A DNA stretch of 64,000 nucleotides. Origin: Phoronis australis. Taxonomy: Eukaryota; Animalia; Phoronida. Position 1 is the first letter of the stretch; each line of letters starts with the position of its first letter. Location of the stretch: NCBI GenBank assembly GCA_002633005.1, contig NMRA01000352.1:402356-466355 (forward strand). The letters are read 5' to 3'. The position numbers were made by a program, and so were the translations under genes. Positions 23,101 to 32,870 of this stretch are shown one piece after another. Below the pieces are notes generated by a model, which had not been told where the DNA came from, did not search any database, and was given only the letters and a program-made list of their open reading frames with translations.

Positions 23101-24326
23101 ATACTATTTTTATTTAATGTTCCACATTTGCCTGATGAGCTATCAAAAAAAAGAATATATGATTTTCATAAAAGTACTAAAATACTAAAAAAGATGCACA
23201 GTAGAAAAACGAAATATTTTAGACAGCTGTAACTGTGCGTGTTTTTGACGTTCCATCTCGAGCCTTTGTAACAAATGAAATTTAACGATGTAAACTTAAT
23301 GATACCGTTGTTTTGCTATGAATATACCTTTGTAATGGCTAAATTTTACTAAAACATGGTCAGGTGACCCAGTTAAAGAAAGATTGGGATTAAAGTAAAA
23401 ATCAGAGTCTGCTGGCTTCATACTTTCAGAAAATATTACACTTTTACGAACTAATTTTCTATGCTTTTGTAGATATAAGGCTAAATGTACACAATTGTCA
23501 CTAAGGTTACGTATAACCGTACTAATTACTTTGAAAGCATATTTCCTTGGGGAAATTCTTACGTTTTACCGGAGGCACTGTTGAAGTACAGGGCACCGCC
23601 CTCGCTGCCAGGTACACACCTGGCGTCTGTGAAAATCACCTCACCGAAATCACCAGCAACGTTGCTAACAATTCCACGGCTAACAGAATTCAGAAAAGTC
23701 CTGCAACACACACTTCCAAAAGGTGTCGCTACTATTGAAACACTATCACCTTTACACAGGACTGCCTGTAAGACAGAACTCGTATCCACAACAACATGAC
23801 CTTTCACTTTGATTAGAAGCAATTGTGAAACCAATAACTGTGTTAGATTTTCGCAAAGGGTTGATTCAGTCTCCTCTGATTGTCCTACTTTATCATCAAC
23901 ATCTGAAAATTTCCACACATCTTTAGAATCGAATAGAGCTTTCAGAGTTGTATCGAATGCCTGGTTTTTAAACAAGCCTATGACTTCTCCGTCAATAATT
24001 TTCACTTGATTAGTTACATTCTGAGCATCACTACTAGAATGACAGGTTCTACTGACGAGGCAGTGAGAGGAGGTCATTGCTGCAGATTCCAACATGAAGG
24101 TAACTTCAATACAGGACAGCAACTTCTTTTCCATTTTCAACCCATCACGTCGTAGTCTTTGTGCAATATCTTTGCTCCTCAAAATATGATCCAATAACAC
24201 GAGTGCGCTCGTCACAGCCATGTTGGAATTCAGCAGAATACAACTGCTACTGGTAATGACAGCACGCGACCCTCGAACCCTGGAATGTAGTTCCACAACT
24301 CCTGTTTCTTTGACGGAGGTGGCCAT
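8056..24326 (-). CDS. TYSND1: TYSND1 peroxisomal leader peptide-processing serine protease, 9 coding exons (23563-24326, 22335-22489, 19912-20043, 18890-19045, 15875-16002, 14788-14876, 12044-12144, 9011-9088, 8056-8144), ~563 aa
   Basis: Spliced GT-AG model with consistent phases, 1692 nt in total. Family motifs: ATPFGS..FLNSVSRGIVSN..IFTDARCVPGSEGG; MVIAPFCWKNKEWIGLSLVC; SWGSGI..VLTCRHVV (His); IDLAVL (Asp); CAVHAGMSGGPL (Ser); GATYPHVNMSIP; C-terminal ISKL* (PTS1). Confidence 0.93.
9011..9088 (-). CDS. TYSND1: TYSND1 penultimate exon DVLSEKLNKLRQALEAKFEVWNLTRE
   Basis: Acceptor catttcag, donor GTACGA, phase 1-1; VWNL corresponds to the conserved VWxL near the family C-terminus. Confidence 0.8.
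9564..11302 (-). mobile_element. Full-length HINE-like (non-autonomous Helentron/Helitron2) element with internal tandem array
   Basis: On the minus strand it runs TTTTT - subTIR (ATACGCCCAC) - GTCC-type microsatellite - 11 units of ~146 bp - subTIR (GTGGGTGCAT) - hairpin CAACGC/GCGTTG - CTCTTGTT. No TSD, T-rich ends. This is the established HINE/DINE-1/pearl-type architecture. Confidence 0.8.
11790..11995 (+). mobile_element. Truncated copy of CAGGGCTTGGAAT hAT-like MITE
   Basis: Homologous to 36115-36334 and 42616-42849; right TIR missing. Confidence 0.7.
12044..12144 (-). CDS. TYSND1: TYSND1 exon DTTAGATYPHVNMSIPMSVLKPF
   Basis: Acceptor atgatag, donor GTAAAT; matches the family motif GATYPHxNxSIP. 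Confidence 0.9.
12245..12645 (+). repeat. 20-bp minisatellite (CAAGCTCGGCCAATATTATT) x ~20
   Basis: Directly visible 20-nt period with substitutions only. Confidence 0.95.
13075..13966 (-). mobile_element. Degenerate, rearranged HINE-like copy
   Basis: GCCACTAGG units at 13132 and 13701, ACCACTAGG at 13543; end ATGCACCCACATAACAAGTGGAAGCACATAAAA. Confidence 0.65.
14788..14876 (-). CDS. TYSND1: TYSND1 exon with catalytic Ser (SSCAVHAGMSGGPLV)
   Basis: Inside ORF 14784-14981; donor GTAAGT. Confidence 0.92.
15875..16002 (-). CDS. TYSND1: TYSND1 exon GDRVYAVGFSLF..ASVTSGHVSKV..PVMVQ
   Basis: Inside ORF 15821-16060; acceptor tttgaag, donor GTAACT. Confidence 0.9.
16274..17450. mobile_element. 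Short CCC...GGG MITE (CMC/EnSpm-like, possible 2-bp GA TSD) whose left TIR is split by a nested insertion
   Basis: Reconstructed left end CCCATGGCATGCGCGCACCC vs right end GGGTGCGCACATGCATGGG; GA on both flanks. Confidence 0.6.
16293..17192. mobile_element. 900-bp Mutator-like MITE with ~250-270-bp TIRs and 9-bp TSD
   Basis: TIR TAGGCAATGACCATCGCCTC..., arms 16293-16540 and 16920-17192 nearly identical apart from one ~25-bp indel; perfect TSD GCGCGCACC (16284-16292, 17193-17201). Confidence 0.88.
17897..18406. mobile_element. hAT-type MITE with 8-bp TSD
   Basis: TIR CAGGCCTTT/AAAGGCCTG; TSD GGTAAAAT on both sides; subterminal GGGCGTCC repeats. Confidence 0.85.
18654..18842 (+). mobile_element. 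tRNA-derived SINE copy
   Basis: A-box-like TGGCCCAGTAG and B-box-like GGTTTGAGTCC; body homologous to 42876-43080. Confidence 0.6.
18890..19045 (-). CDS. TYSND1: TYSND1 exon with catalytic Asp (VLFKSPDSSNIDLAVLQM)
   Basis: Acceptor ttttgcag, GT donor, 156 nt open frame, phase 1-1. Confidence 0.85.
19912..20043 (-). CDS. TYSND1: TYSND1 exon with catalytic His (IKIGSSWGSGILATDKLVLTCRHVV)
   Basis: Acceptor tttccag, donor GTACGT, 132 nt, phase 1-1. Confidence 0.9.
20082..21838 (-). mobile_element. Full-length HINE-like element with 11-unit internal array
   Basis: AACAAGAGCAACGC..ATGCGCCCAC at 20082; GGAC-rich microsatellite and GTCCACATAATGTGGGC inverted repeat at ~21760-21830; colinear with 9564-11302. 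Confidence 0.8.
22335..22489 (-). CDS. TYSND1: TYSND1 exon GLAGMVIAPFCWKNKEWIGLSLVCSVSSILG...
   Basis: Acceptor ctttcag and a conserved APxCWK..EWxG motif. The exon end is less certain: I used the weak phase-1 donor GTAGGG just before an in-frame stop. Confidence 0.8.
23563..24326 (-). CDS. TYSND1: TYSND1 first large coding exon (N-terminal, degenerate trypsin-like domain)
   Basis: Part of ORF 23559-24413. Acceptor ttttag precedes 24342, ATG (MATSVKE) at 24326, donor GTAAGA after 23563 (phase 2). Confidence 0.92.
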
Positions 24327-26103
24327 GATTCTTAAAATATTCCTAAAATCAAAGTATTGATATGCAATTACTAACTGGTGTCTAAAAACCAGTGACACTT
24401 TAATGACATGCATACACTACACCTTTTGAGAATTCCTTTTCAACAGGTGTAAACAATTCCATTGCAGCTGTATATGCCTCATAATTCCACCCACAATCTT
24501 TTGAACCTCAGGCCCAGACCAGCAGACATCAAACGTTGAAATCTCAGTGCACATACCCTTCAACACACACAGCAAAAATGATCAATTGAATGCACGCATT
24601 ATACGACGACCAACCTTCGGTTGTGGGTATGATGACTGCATGTCCGTGACTGGGGTCTACCGGATGGTATCTGTTTACCACATTTGATCAAGTTCAAATC
24701 TGTACTCAAAATCTCCAGTTCTTATTGAATAATTTAAATTTTTTAAATTTCTAGTTTGTAGCTTGGTTATAGGGGTCATGTAGACAGGTCTCCCATCTGT
24801 GCTGCTTCCTCGCGTGGAAGACAGATGAACTTCCCACAATTCTTTGTAAATATCAGGAATAATTTCGAGTTTGATTTTGAGTTCTGAGCTTAGACCCCGT
24901 GCATTGAAAATGACTTCTTATAGCAACTCCCAACCACTGGAGCTTAATTATTTAGCCAGCATTGAGCAGGGGGTGGTTTGAATTTCTGGAACGGTGGATC
25001 TTTGATATTTCGCAAAGGCTGACACTGTAGCTTTCAGTAAGGCCCTAGACGCAGCTTAATTAGGGGGAAGGGAAATCTGTTTACACAACAATGACTCTCA
25101 GCTCTATGTTCCTGAGATGAGATGGAAATGATAATGCTGTGAAGTGTGACGGTTGCTCGTAAAGAATGGGACACAAATTTGGTTATATGTAGTATGATCC
25201 AGAAAGAGAACGTTCTCGTGTTACCTTCCGCCAAACTTTCAAATCAGGCGTGCTTAAATACATACTCAGACAGAATTTTTTAGTATGAGAATGACTTGAC
25301 AGAATTTTTACCTGGTTGTATTTTTGCATGTTAATTACATTGCTGGAAATGAGAACAGCCCACTACTTTAAAGGTTCACTGCTCCGAAAATATCTAAAAT
25401 TTCGAACTCAGGTTTCACTTTTGCATGCAAATGTAAATGATACTTCAGTTATTAGAGTGGTGTACCATACCCAATTCAATGTCCAGGTACTATTGATTTC
25501 ATGCGCATACGAAATTGTCTGCATGTCTTACGAATACGGAAAACTAAGTAAAAAGTTCTTGCATTTTTAAAAGGATACCAAACTCTGATTTGGCCTATTG
25601 ACAGATACTAAAATGACTTTCTCATCCAGTTCTCTGAAACAAAATAATACCCTGTAACCATTGACAACCCTCAAAAGTTTGCTGAAAAAATTGAAAACTC
25701 CTTTCAAAGTTTGCTAAATGGGCAAGTGTGATTTGGGCAATGATAACATCGGCAATAATGGTGTAGCAACCATGCACGTTCAATGCCAACGAATGATGTA
25801 AAGCCTCCTCTAATCGTCTGCACGATCCTGTCATCTGCGCCAACACCACTAGGGCAAAGTTGGGCCTTAGGGCCGGGTAGGACCCGATGATTACGTGAAG
25901 CGCTTCGAATCACAAGCAAATTCTTCTAACTTAGTTATAATTGTAGTTAGATGCATGAGTACCTGCAACAATTTTGTTGTTGTTGTCCATCTACATCTTA
26001 TCTCTAACGGACAGTTTGAGGCTGAACCTTTTCCATGGCGGGGGGTTCGATCGAACCCCCAGACCCCCCTGGCTACGGGCTTGTCATTTACTATGCAACA
26101 AAG

Positions 26104-26397
26104 AAGGGTGTGTATATATATTTCTTGGTCTCCAGCTGTATTGCAATCTACCGGAAGTCAAGCTATGTTGTCCATCTCTGCCACACACGACACTTAATCA
26201 ACCAGTTCTGCGATTGGATGTTGGCTCATCAATTGGGGTTATCCATTGACAGTGAGTTTGATCCAGACAGCAACCAGTCACAGGACGGAGGAAATTGATT
26301 GACAGTCCTGAGCATGACATACTGGTGAGATGGACAACCCTTGGAGACCTCTGGTAGATAGCTATCAGCTGGAAAGCAAGAAGTAAGTACACCCCCT
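26104..26397. mobile_element. Degenerate foldback MITE abutting the Kolobok TTAA
   Basis: Arms TTCTTGGTCTCCAGCTG..ATCTACCGGAAGTC..GTTGTCCATCTC mirrored at 26326-26397. Confidence 0.55.
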
Positions 26398-26514
26398 TTA
26401 AAGGAGAATGCCACTCATACACGGTTGATCTTACCTCGCCGAGAGGTGTCGCGTTAACCAGTGAGGAAGGTGAGAAACGACACAGCGACGTCAGTGGTTC
26501 TTCTGCAGAGTGAG

Positions 26515-26815
26515 TGCCGCTATAGTGTAGTGTATCATTCCTGTTTCTACGAACTATGAAGCTGTCAGGAAAGCAGGTATATCGTTTTTTTCGTTTTCCT
26601 CGAGAGCCCATATTGCTTTGAAAGTGTGAAAAGTATACCATTAATACCAAGTATGAGGCCGTGAAACGTCTCTGTGTCTGTCAGTGGGGCCGGCATTTCG
26701 TCGACAGTGATTTCACTGACGATCGAATGCTGGCTTACTAAACAGCTAATGCCAGGGCAGAAAAAGAGACTGAGGCTGAAGACAGATGTTGTGCCTAGTG
26801 TGTTAGCGTTCGGCA
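26515..26815 (+). pseudogene. Frameshifted THAP domain (N-terminus of Kolobok transposase)
   Basis: Across frames: CSV..C....GISFFRFPREP...LCVC...HF..DF...KKRLRLKTDVVPSV, the THAP pattern including the AVPT-like box; stops and shifts present. Confidence 0.75.
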
Positions 26816-26939
26816 GGCAAGAGGCAAATGCGGATCGGTTGTTGATCAGTTTTTTCTTATGGAGAATGGTAGTTAGCCTTGAAAACAAATAATAACAATG
26901 AATTCAAGGCATGAGAACACATAAAACCTGTTTGATAAC

Positions 26940-27226
26940 TGACTCGTTCGTCAGGCTTCTGTTTGGTCCTGGGTGTAGGAAGTTTTTGCCAGTTCTTTTT
27001 CCCAACCCGAAAAATGTCATAATCAGACCTCTGTTCAGATGCGATGCAAAATCAGGATGGTCCGTGAGACACATCTGTGCTTCTCCAAGAAGGCATTTCA
27101 CTTGTGGAATTTCGTGGCAGCAACCGTTAGTCGTTTCCATTATCGTGCAGTTAGCGCACTAACACCATGACAAGTCATTCAAACAGTTTTCGGAACTATC
27201 AATGGGTTCCGCGTGCACGTTCATGG
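26940..27226 (-). pseudogene. KolX / P2X7-ballast-like Cys-rich accessory gene relic
   Basis: LNDLSWC*CANCTIMETTNGCCHEIPQV..MCLTDHPDFASHLN fits WCxCxxCxxMxT..CCxE..CITxHxxF; one in-frame stop. Confidence 0.75.
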
Positions 27227-28369
27227 CGCCTCTCTAGCATTTCTTGATCATTGTATTCCGGTTCGAACTGATACCCTGTGAAATCTAATATCGACCTGTA
27301 AAATCTTCATAGCATGAGGACTCGCCTAAGCCGGGAATGCGAGATGCCACTTCGACTTTTATTATTGTGTGCTCTGTTTCAAAATGAATTATTCTCACCC
27401 TAACCAATGCTTATATAACTGAAACTGAAACACAGTCTGTCTCATTAGATACATTTTTTAAAATTCAGTTACTGTGTTTGCTGACAGATAGCTGTTGTGA
27501 AACAATAACACGATTTTATATTCTATTGTCAGATTTTAGGGGAATCTTTATTTAGATATGCATATACACCTTTATTTAGGTATTATACATTATTGGAATC
27601 ACTGGTACAGTACAACTTTTGCCTTGACGGTTCTGTAGAAGAGTAGCCTTTCTTCGCTGCCCCCCACAAGCTAGTAAGTACGTCGCAAGTTTCATGGCTA
27701 ATTCATCAAAATAATCACATGCAATAATTTCTTTGGCTAAGATAGTCTTTTCGTGACTGGAAGTTTAGTTTCCAACATCGGCTGGTTTATGTTCGCGATG
27801 TCTTCAGAACAGCCGCGACCGGCCTGGCCGCGATCGGGTTCCGAGCCACTGGCATGATAACAAGTGTCTTGTGTTTAGAACTGAAAAAACATCGTAAGTC
27901 TAAAATTACAACACACAGCTATGGTCTCCTGTCTGTATTTCAAGTCACCGAATAGACCCCAAACTCCCGCGACCGACCTTGGTAAATTTTCCGGCTACCG
28001 AACTTTTGGTACGTTCAAATACCTATAAATCTGTAACAGTGAAATAAAACAACACATTTGTTCGATAACTCGATGCATTTGTAAGGGATTTACATCAAAT
28101 TTTGATGATTTATTGGTGTAAAACGATGAGTTCAAGCGATAAACAGACACCAGTAAGCGTGTTGTGAACTGCTGAGCAGACTGCGTTCGAACCTCTGACG
28201 TCATTGGTTAATCAACACCTCAGTCTGCCGTCAGGAGTCAGGTAAAAGAACTGTATTTGCTGTTATCGAGTGGAACTACATGATCTAAACTGATATTTTT
28301 TGACTGGCATTCTCCTTTAATACACAGAATCCATGGCTTCCATGCAGCTGAGCATGAGCAGCATGTAGC

Positions 28370-28432
28370 CACAGGCGTCCTCAGCTTCTGATACACTACA
28401 TTGGGGACGATCAGAAGCTGAGGACGCCTGTG
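28370..28432. mobile_element. 63-bp minimal TIR element with 8-bp TSD
   Basis: Perfect 23-bp TIR CACAGGCGTCCTCAGCTTCTGAT; TSD CATGTAGC on both sides. Confidence 0.88.
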
Positions 28433-28483
28433 CATGTAGCTTAGGAATTACATCGCCCTAGATGCCGCAGGAACCGAGCCGAG

Positions 28484-28550
28484 ATTACCAGACCCGGGGA
28501 TCGACCAGCGGCCCCCATAAAACCGGCAAGCGTGCTAACTATTCTGCTAA
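28484..28550 (-). mobile_element. tRNA-like SINE head fragment
   Basis: Minus strand TAGCAGAATAGTTAGCACGCTTG...GGTCGATCCCCGG resembles A and B boxes; no clean cloverleaf. Confidence 0.4.
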
Positions 28551-28814
28551 CAGGCGTTAGCGAGTAGCTAACAGAGGCTCATGTGATTCACCGGAAGCAC
28601 ATCTACAACACTGCCAATCCCATTGCACTCTACGGAGATCTGTAACAAAATAGTTAAGTTAGTAAAGTGAAAACTGAGCACTTGATTTATGCCATCAGTG
28701 AAAGCCTCGATCGTCCTATGTTCATTGTTTATAATAAATCTTAGAATTTGTAAATCTACTCTGTTCCATTTGCAGAACTGCATCAATGTGTGCTATCGAT
28801 TGACCTCTTCTTAC

Positions 28815-28894
28815 CGATGCAATATCACTGTTTTTCTACGGAATCGGTCGTTGATGTTTTGCGGTGTCCGCCATGTTGACAGCATGAACTTCAT
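28815..28894 (-). other. Candidate first exon / promoter-proximal region of TYSND1
   Basis: CpG-containing stretch with YY1-like AACATGGCGG and a strong donor CG|GTAAGA; phase-compatible with the acceptor at 24342. The transcription start is not determined. Confidence 0.5.
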
Positions 28895-30073
28895 ACGCTG
28901 ACCTTTGACTCCAGCAGGCCAAAATAGAGTTCTACGCTAGGACTTTGCTGAAAAACGAAACTTCGCCAAAACCTAACAAAATCACGTGTTCTCATTCAAA
29001 ACACATGACAATATCTTGCGAAGTTTTGCTTTTCATTGAGGTCGTAGCATTACTGAAAACTACCTGTTCATTTGACTTTTTTCATTTGATTTGTGTCAAC
29101 CATTAAATGTAGGCTACCTTAATTATCATAGTTTCCCCCGTTATTGCACCGGTGGTTTATATTGTAATCCCTAGGTATTTGTCCCCTGTACATGTACGCA
29201 TTTTACATAGATTTTGTTGATATTCAACACAGGTTGATGTTTCGCTCATGTAAACTGTTGAAATGAATAAGTTATTTTTGACTAACCACTGACATGAGGG
29301 TGGCTTCCATTTAAGTGTCCCCCTTAGGCTTCAGTAGCCTTTCGAAAGACTCCTTGTCTTGTTTTGATATTTCTAAAGTAATCAATGACTATAGGCTATA
29401 TACATAGTAGTCTTAAAACCTTAGTTTTGTTGTTTACCTTTGGCTAGTACTACAAGTCCCACTCTTGTCACGCGCTTATTCATGAGTAGACGGCTAATCA
29501 AGGTCCATATTCGAGAGTTGACTGTGTTACGGCTTAAAATAAATTGTTTTGGTCACTTACCAAATGCCAACTGAATCTCATATGCAAAAAAAAAATGTTT
29601 AGCTGTGCAAATTAAAAAAGAATCATCAAAATCGAACAATGTTTGAGACTGTTTTTGTCTATGAATTTCATGCGTTTTTAGCGTTACGAGTGGCCATTTT
29701 GAAATTTATAATTTTCAACTGTCAACAATAGAAAAGAAATTTATTTTATTAAGTAAGCAATTGCTTAGATATGACTGGGAATAACTTGAGTCACTTTCAG
29801 AATCACTTAGACAAAGTTGTGCTGAATCATTGAGAAATGGTAGGGTTCATCATGAAACAGGCACTAGTTACGAAATTTGTAAATTCTGTGTTTCAAACCC
29901 TCACCTACTGTAAAGAAGGTTGAAAATTGAAGTTCACACTTTGTAGCAAAAAAGAACTGCAGAATATGTTAGCCTAGGCAACACAGCAAATTATTCAATA
30001 TCTAAACAAACCAAAAATTTGGATAGTGACTGACTTCTGCTATGTTGAAAATGGGCCAAAAAGGCTAACAAAA

Positions 30074-31286
30074 TGTAGTGTACGTACCCCCGGAATTCAA
30101 TAACACAAATGCTTATTGCAAATGAAATTATTGCCTTTTAAATGACAACATGGTGCTTAGTATTATCACCAAAGAAAAATAAATGGCCATACAACGTTAT
30201 GTTCCCAAGTGATGCAGAATTCATGATGTAGCCATGTACCCCCTTTTGTAGTGTACGTACCGGCCCCCATGTTTACAAATGCCATGAAACTAAAATATCA
30301 CTTGGTAAGTGAGCAACGTGATCATAGACAGTTTCCTTCCTTAAAAATGTTAGGTTAAAAGAGTGTTTATTTGAGTGAAATATTAGCATTTTTGTAGTGT
30401 ACGTACCCCCATATTTTAATTTATGCCTATTTTCAAAGTATGGCAGATATGCACATGAATGCTGTGCTTTTATTTTTTCTCTTTGAACAGATTTATTAAA
30501 TCAACTAACTCTCAGTAGATTCTTAGTATTTAGTTACAAACCTGACATGTCATTGAAATGTAGTCGGTACGTACCCCTGTGTAGTGTACGTACCCCCATG
30601 TGAAAAAATACCATGAAACAAAAATATTATACGGTAAGTATGCAACACTTGTCACAGACAGTTTCCCTCCGTTAAAATGCTAGGTTATAAGGGTGTTAAT
30701 TACAAATGTTTTGAGGGAAATATTTAGCATTTGTGTAGTGTACGTACCCCTATATTTTAGCATGTGCCTGTTTTCAAAGAATGACAGACAGATATACACA
30801 TTTATGCTCTGGTACTTTTTATTTGTTCTCTTTGAATAGATTTGGTAAATGAACTAACTCTCAGTAGATTTTAAGTATTTTTTTATAAACCTGACAAGTC
30901 ATTGAAATATAGTGTACGTTCCCCTGTGTAGTGTACGTACCTCCAACCTCTGTGCTATAAAGTATTGCCCACAAGTTAGTATTTTTACACACTGCTGTTC
31001 ACATGCACAATACTGATATTTCCACTATGCATCCAGTTTGACAAAAACAATGGACATTATTAAATATGTGGGCAATAAAATGCCACACAGGACTTGGCTA
31101 GTAACATCCTAGAAGACACGTCATGTGGCAACTAATGTTGCTGAGACAGGTTCTCTCTCTCTCTCTCAAGACAACTTGCAACAAAACAACTAGTAGAGGC
31201 AGCACAAAACTCGAGATCATCCCATACATTTGTAACTTAGTCAAAAATTGACGTTGATTGACTGTGCGTAGTGTACGTACCCCCCA
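30074..31286 (+). repeat. Array of 9 GTAGTGTACGTACCCC motifs including a ~340-bp tandem duplication
   Basis: Motifs near 30075, 30248, 30394, 30560, 30581, 30735, 30910, 30928, 31268; block 30248-30580 repeated at 30581-30927. Confidence 0.85.
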
Positions 31287-32244
31287 ACCAGTACCATTTT
31301 TACTGTTTACAAGTTGACCACTGGATCTAGCATTGCTTTAACTATTTTGACCAACTGATTCGTGTGACTAGACAAATAGCACCAATAAAGTTTTTGGAAA
31401 AAGTAGTTACTTGTCATTTTCTTTTTGTAAGAATCGTATTGCAAGAGAAGAAGTTCTCATTATACTGTGTTAAGATATGCAATGTATCATCATCTAGAAC
31501 AACTGACTTGATCAGCACGGTAGTAATCACTTTGGTATATGATACGTAGGGAACCGCTCCCCCCCCCCANCCCCCCCCTTGGCTGCCGCAAAAAATAAAA
31601 CAGTAAGAGTGTGGGAAATGTTGAGTTTATTAATTAACCCCTGTAATTAAAATTATGCGGGTGAAAAAAGATATAAATGTGTGCAGCTTTAGTGTTGGGG
31701 GCTACCGGCAGAAGCGCTGCGCACTACGACTCCGTTTCCGTCGTCTGCTCCACTGTGCAATGAAGAAAATTTACTTCATTTTTTAAAGAAAATGGAACCC
31801 GAGTGACGATGAAAAAACAGAAGCTGCTGGTAAGATGTGAATTTTAATCGAAGCCTGAGTGAATTACTCAGAAACTCGCAATACTCTCTTTGTCAAACCT
31901 TATCTTAAGACAATTCCCAAAGCAATCCAGTCATTATTGCCAACACGAAAAACGGATTTTGTTTGGTGTTTGGGCATTTGAAGACTATTTTAAATACGAC
32001 AAATTTGTTAAGAATTGATGGCACAAAATATAAAACGTGTAATAAGCATTACAAAAAGAAGTAGGTTTCGAGCGCAAACGCTGTGGACCATAAACAAGTA
32101 GATCTCTTAGTATGAGATTAGTGGTTAAATCGTGGTGGTGTGGCGGTAACGCACGCGCGCTCTATCTGCCAGGTAGTGAGTTTAAGTCTTTGGTACTTGC
32201 AGGTTTTCCTGTTTGACACGTTCTCCGTGCTTTTTTGCCTTTTT

Positions 32245-32870
32245 TCTTGGATAACACTTCAGGAATTGAAGAAAATGCCTGATTTTTAGAGGTAAAAACA
32301 AAAAAATTTCCTGGGTATGAACTGATAGTTGTTTTCAAACCCCTTCGGAAACTTTCCAATATGCTGTGTAAACTGAAGTCACCCATCCCTTTATTGAACA
32401 AGAGCAATGTTGTTGAATGTGACATCTGTGAGGAATTCTATATAGGACTCACACAGAGACGCTACTGTGACAGGTTGAAAGAACATCACACCTCAGAGAA
32501 AAGTAATATATTTTAGCTTTGTATTAGCTACAATCACCAAGCCCACTCTGTTAGTATTATCTGCATAGAACCTAATAAGGAGTTACTGTACATTAAAGAG
32601 TCATTGGCCATTCAGAACCAGCATGCCACTGAGTATCTGAATAACATACAGAGCTCTGTGACCCTGCAGCTATGGTGATGACCAGCTACTGACCATATTC
32701 TTTGTATCTCTCACTTCACTCTATGGATGTTACCTGAGCTCTATGTTGGCACTTGTTGTCCTAAATTGTTGTAAATATGATCCTGATGATGTGTAATGAA
32801 AAGACGAAACGTTGAATTGAACATGAACTTTTTTATTTGTGCGGCGATCGTCCGGTTGTTGGATTTATAA
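32245..32870 (+). mobile_element. Penelope-like retroelement 3' fragment (GIY-YIG endonuclease pseudogene plus 3' region)
   Basis: VVFKPLRKLSNMLCKLKSPIP..KSNVV ECDICEEFYIGLTQR...RLKEH...IKESLAI..LN..LQLW* (stop at 32676-32678), one internal stop. Confidence 0.85.
32783..32813 (+). ncRNA. Degenerate minimal hammerhead ribozyme core
   Basis: CTGATGA-T-gtgt..agac-GAAACGTT downstream of the Penelope endonuclease, where PLE hammerheads are known to occur; stem II has a mismatch. Confidence 0.45.

Larger units (their letters stand above)
26402..28316 (+). mobile_element. Kolobok DNA transposon, internally deleted, 1915 bp
   Basis: TTAA on both sides; TIR AGGAGAATGCCACTCA / TGACTGGCATTCTCCT (15/16); convergent THAP and KolX relics inside. 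Confidence 0.85.

Noticed and set aside
30074-31286. Repeat-spacer pattern as a CRISPR array
   Set aside because: Spacers are mostly 130-320 bp and partly duplicated; repeat only 16 bp; no cas genes.
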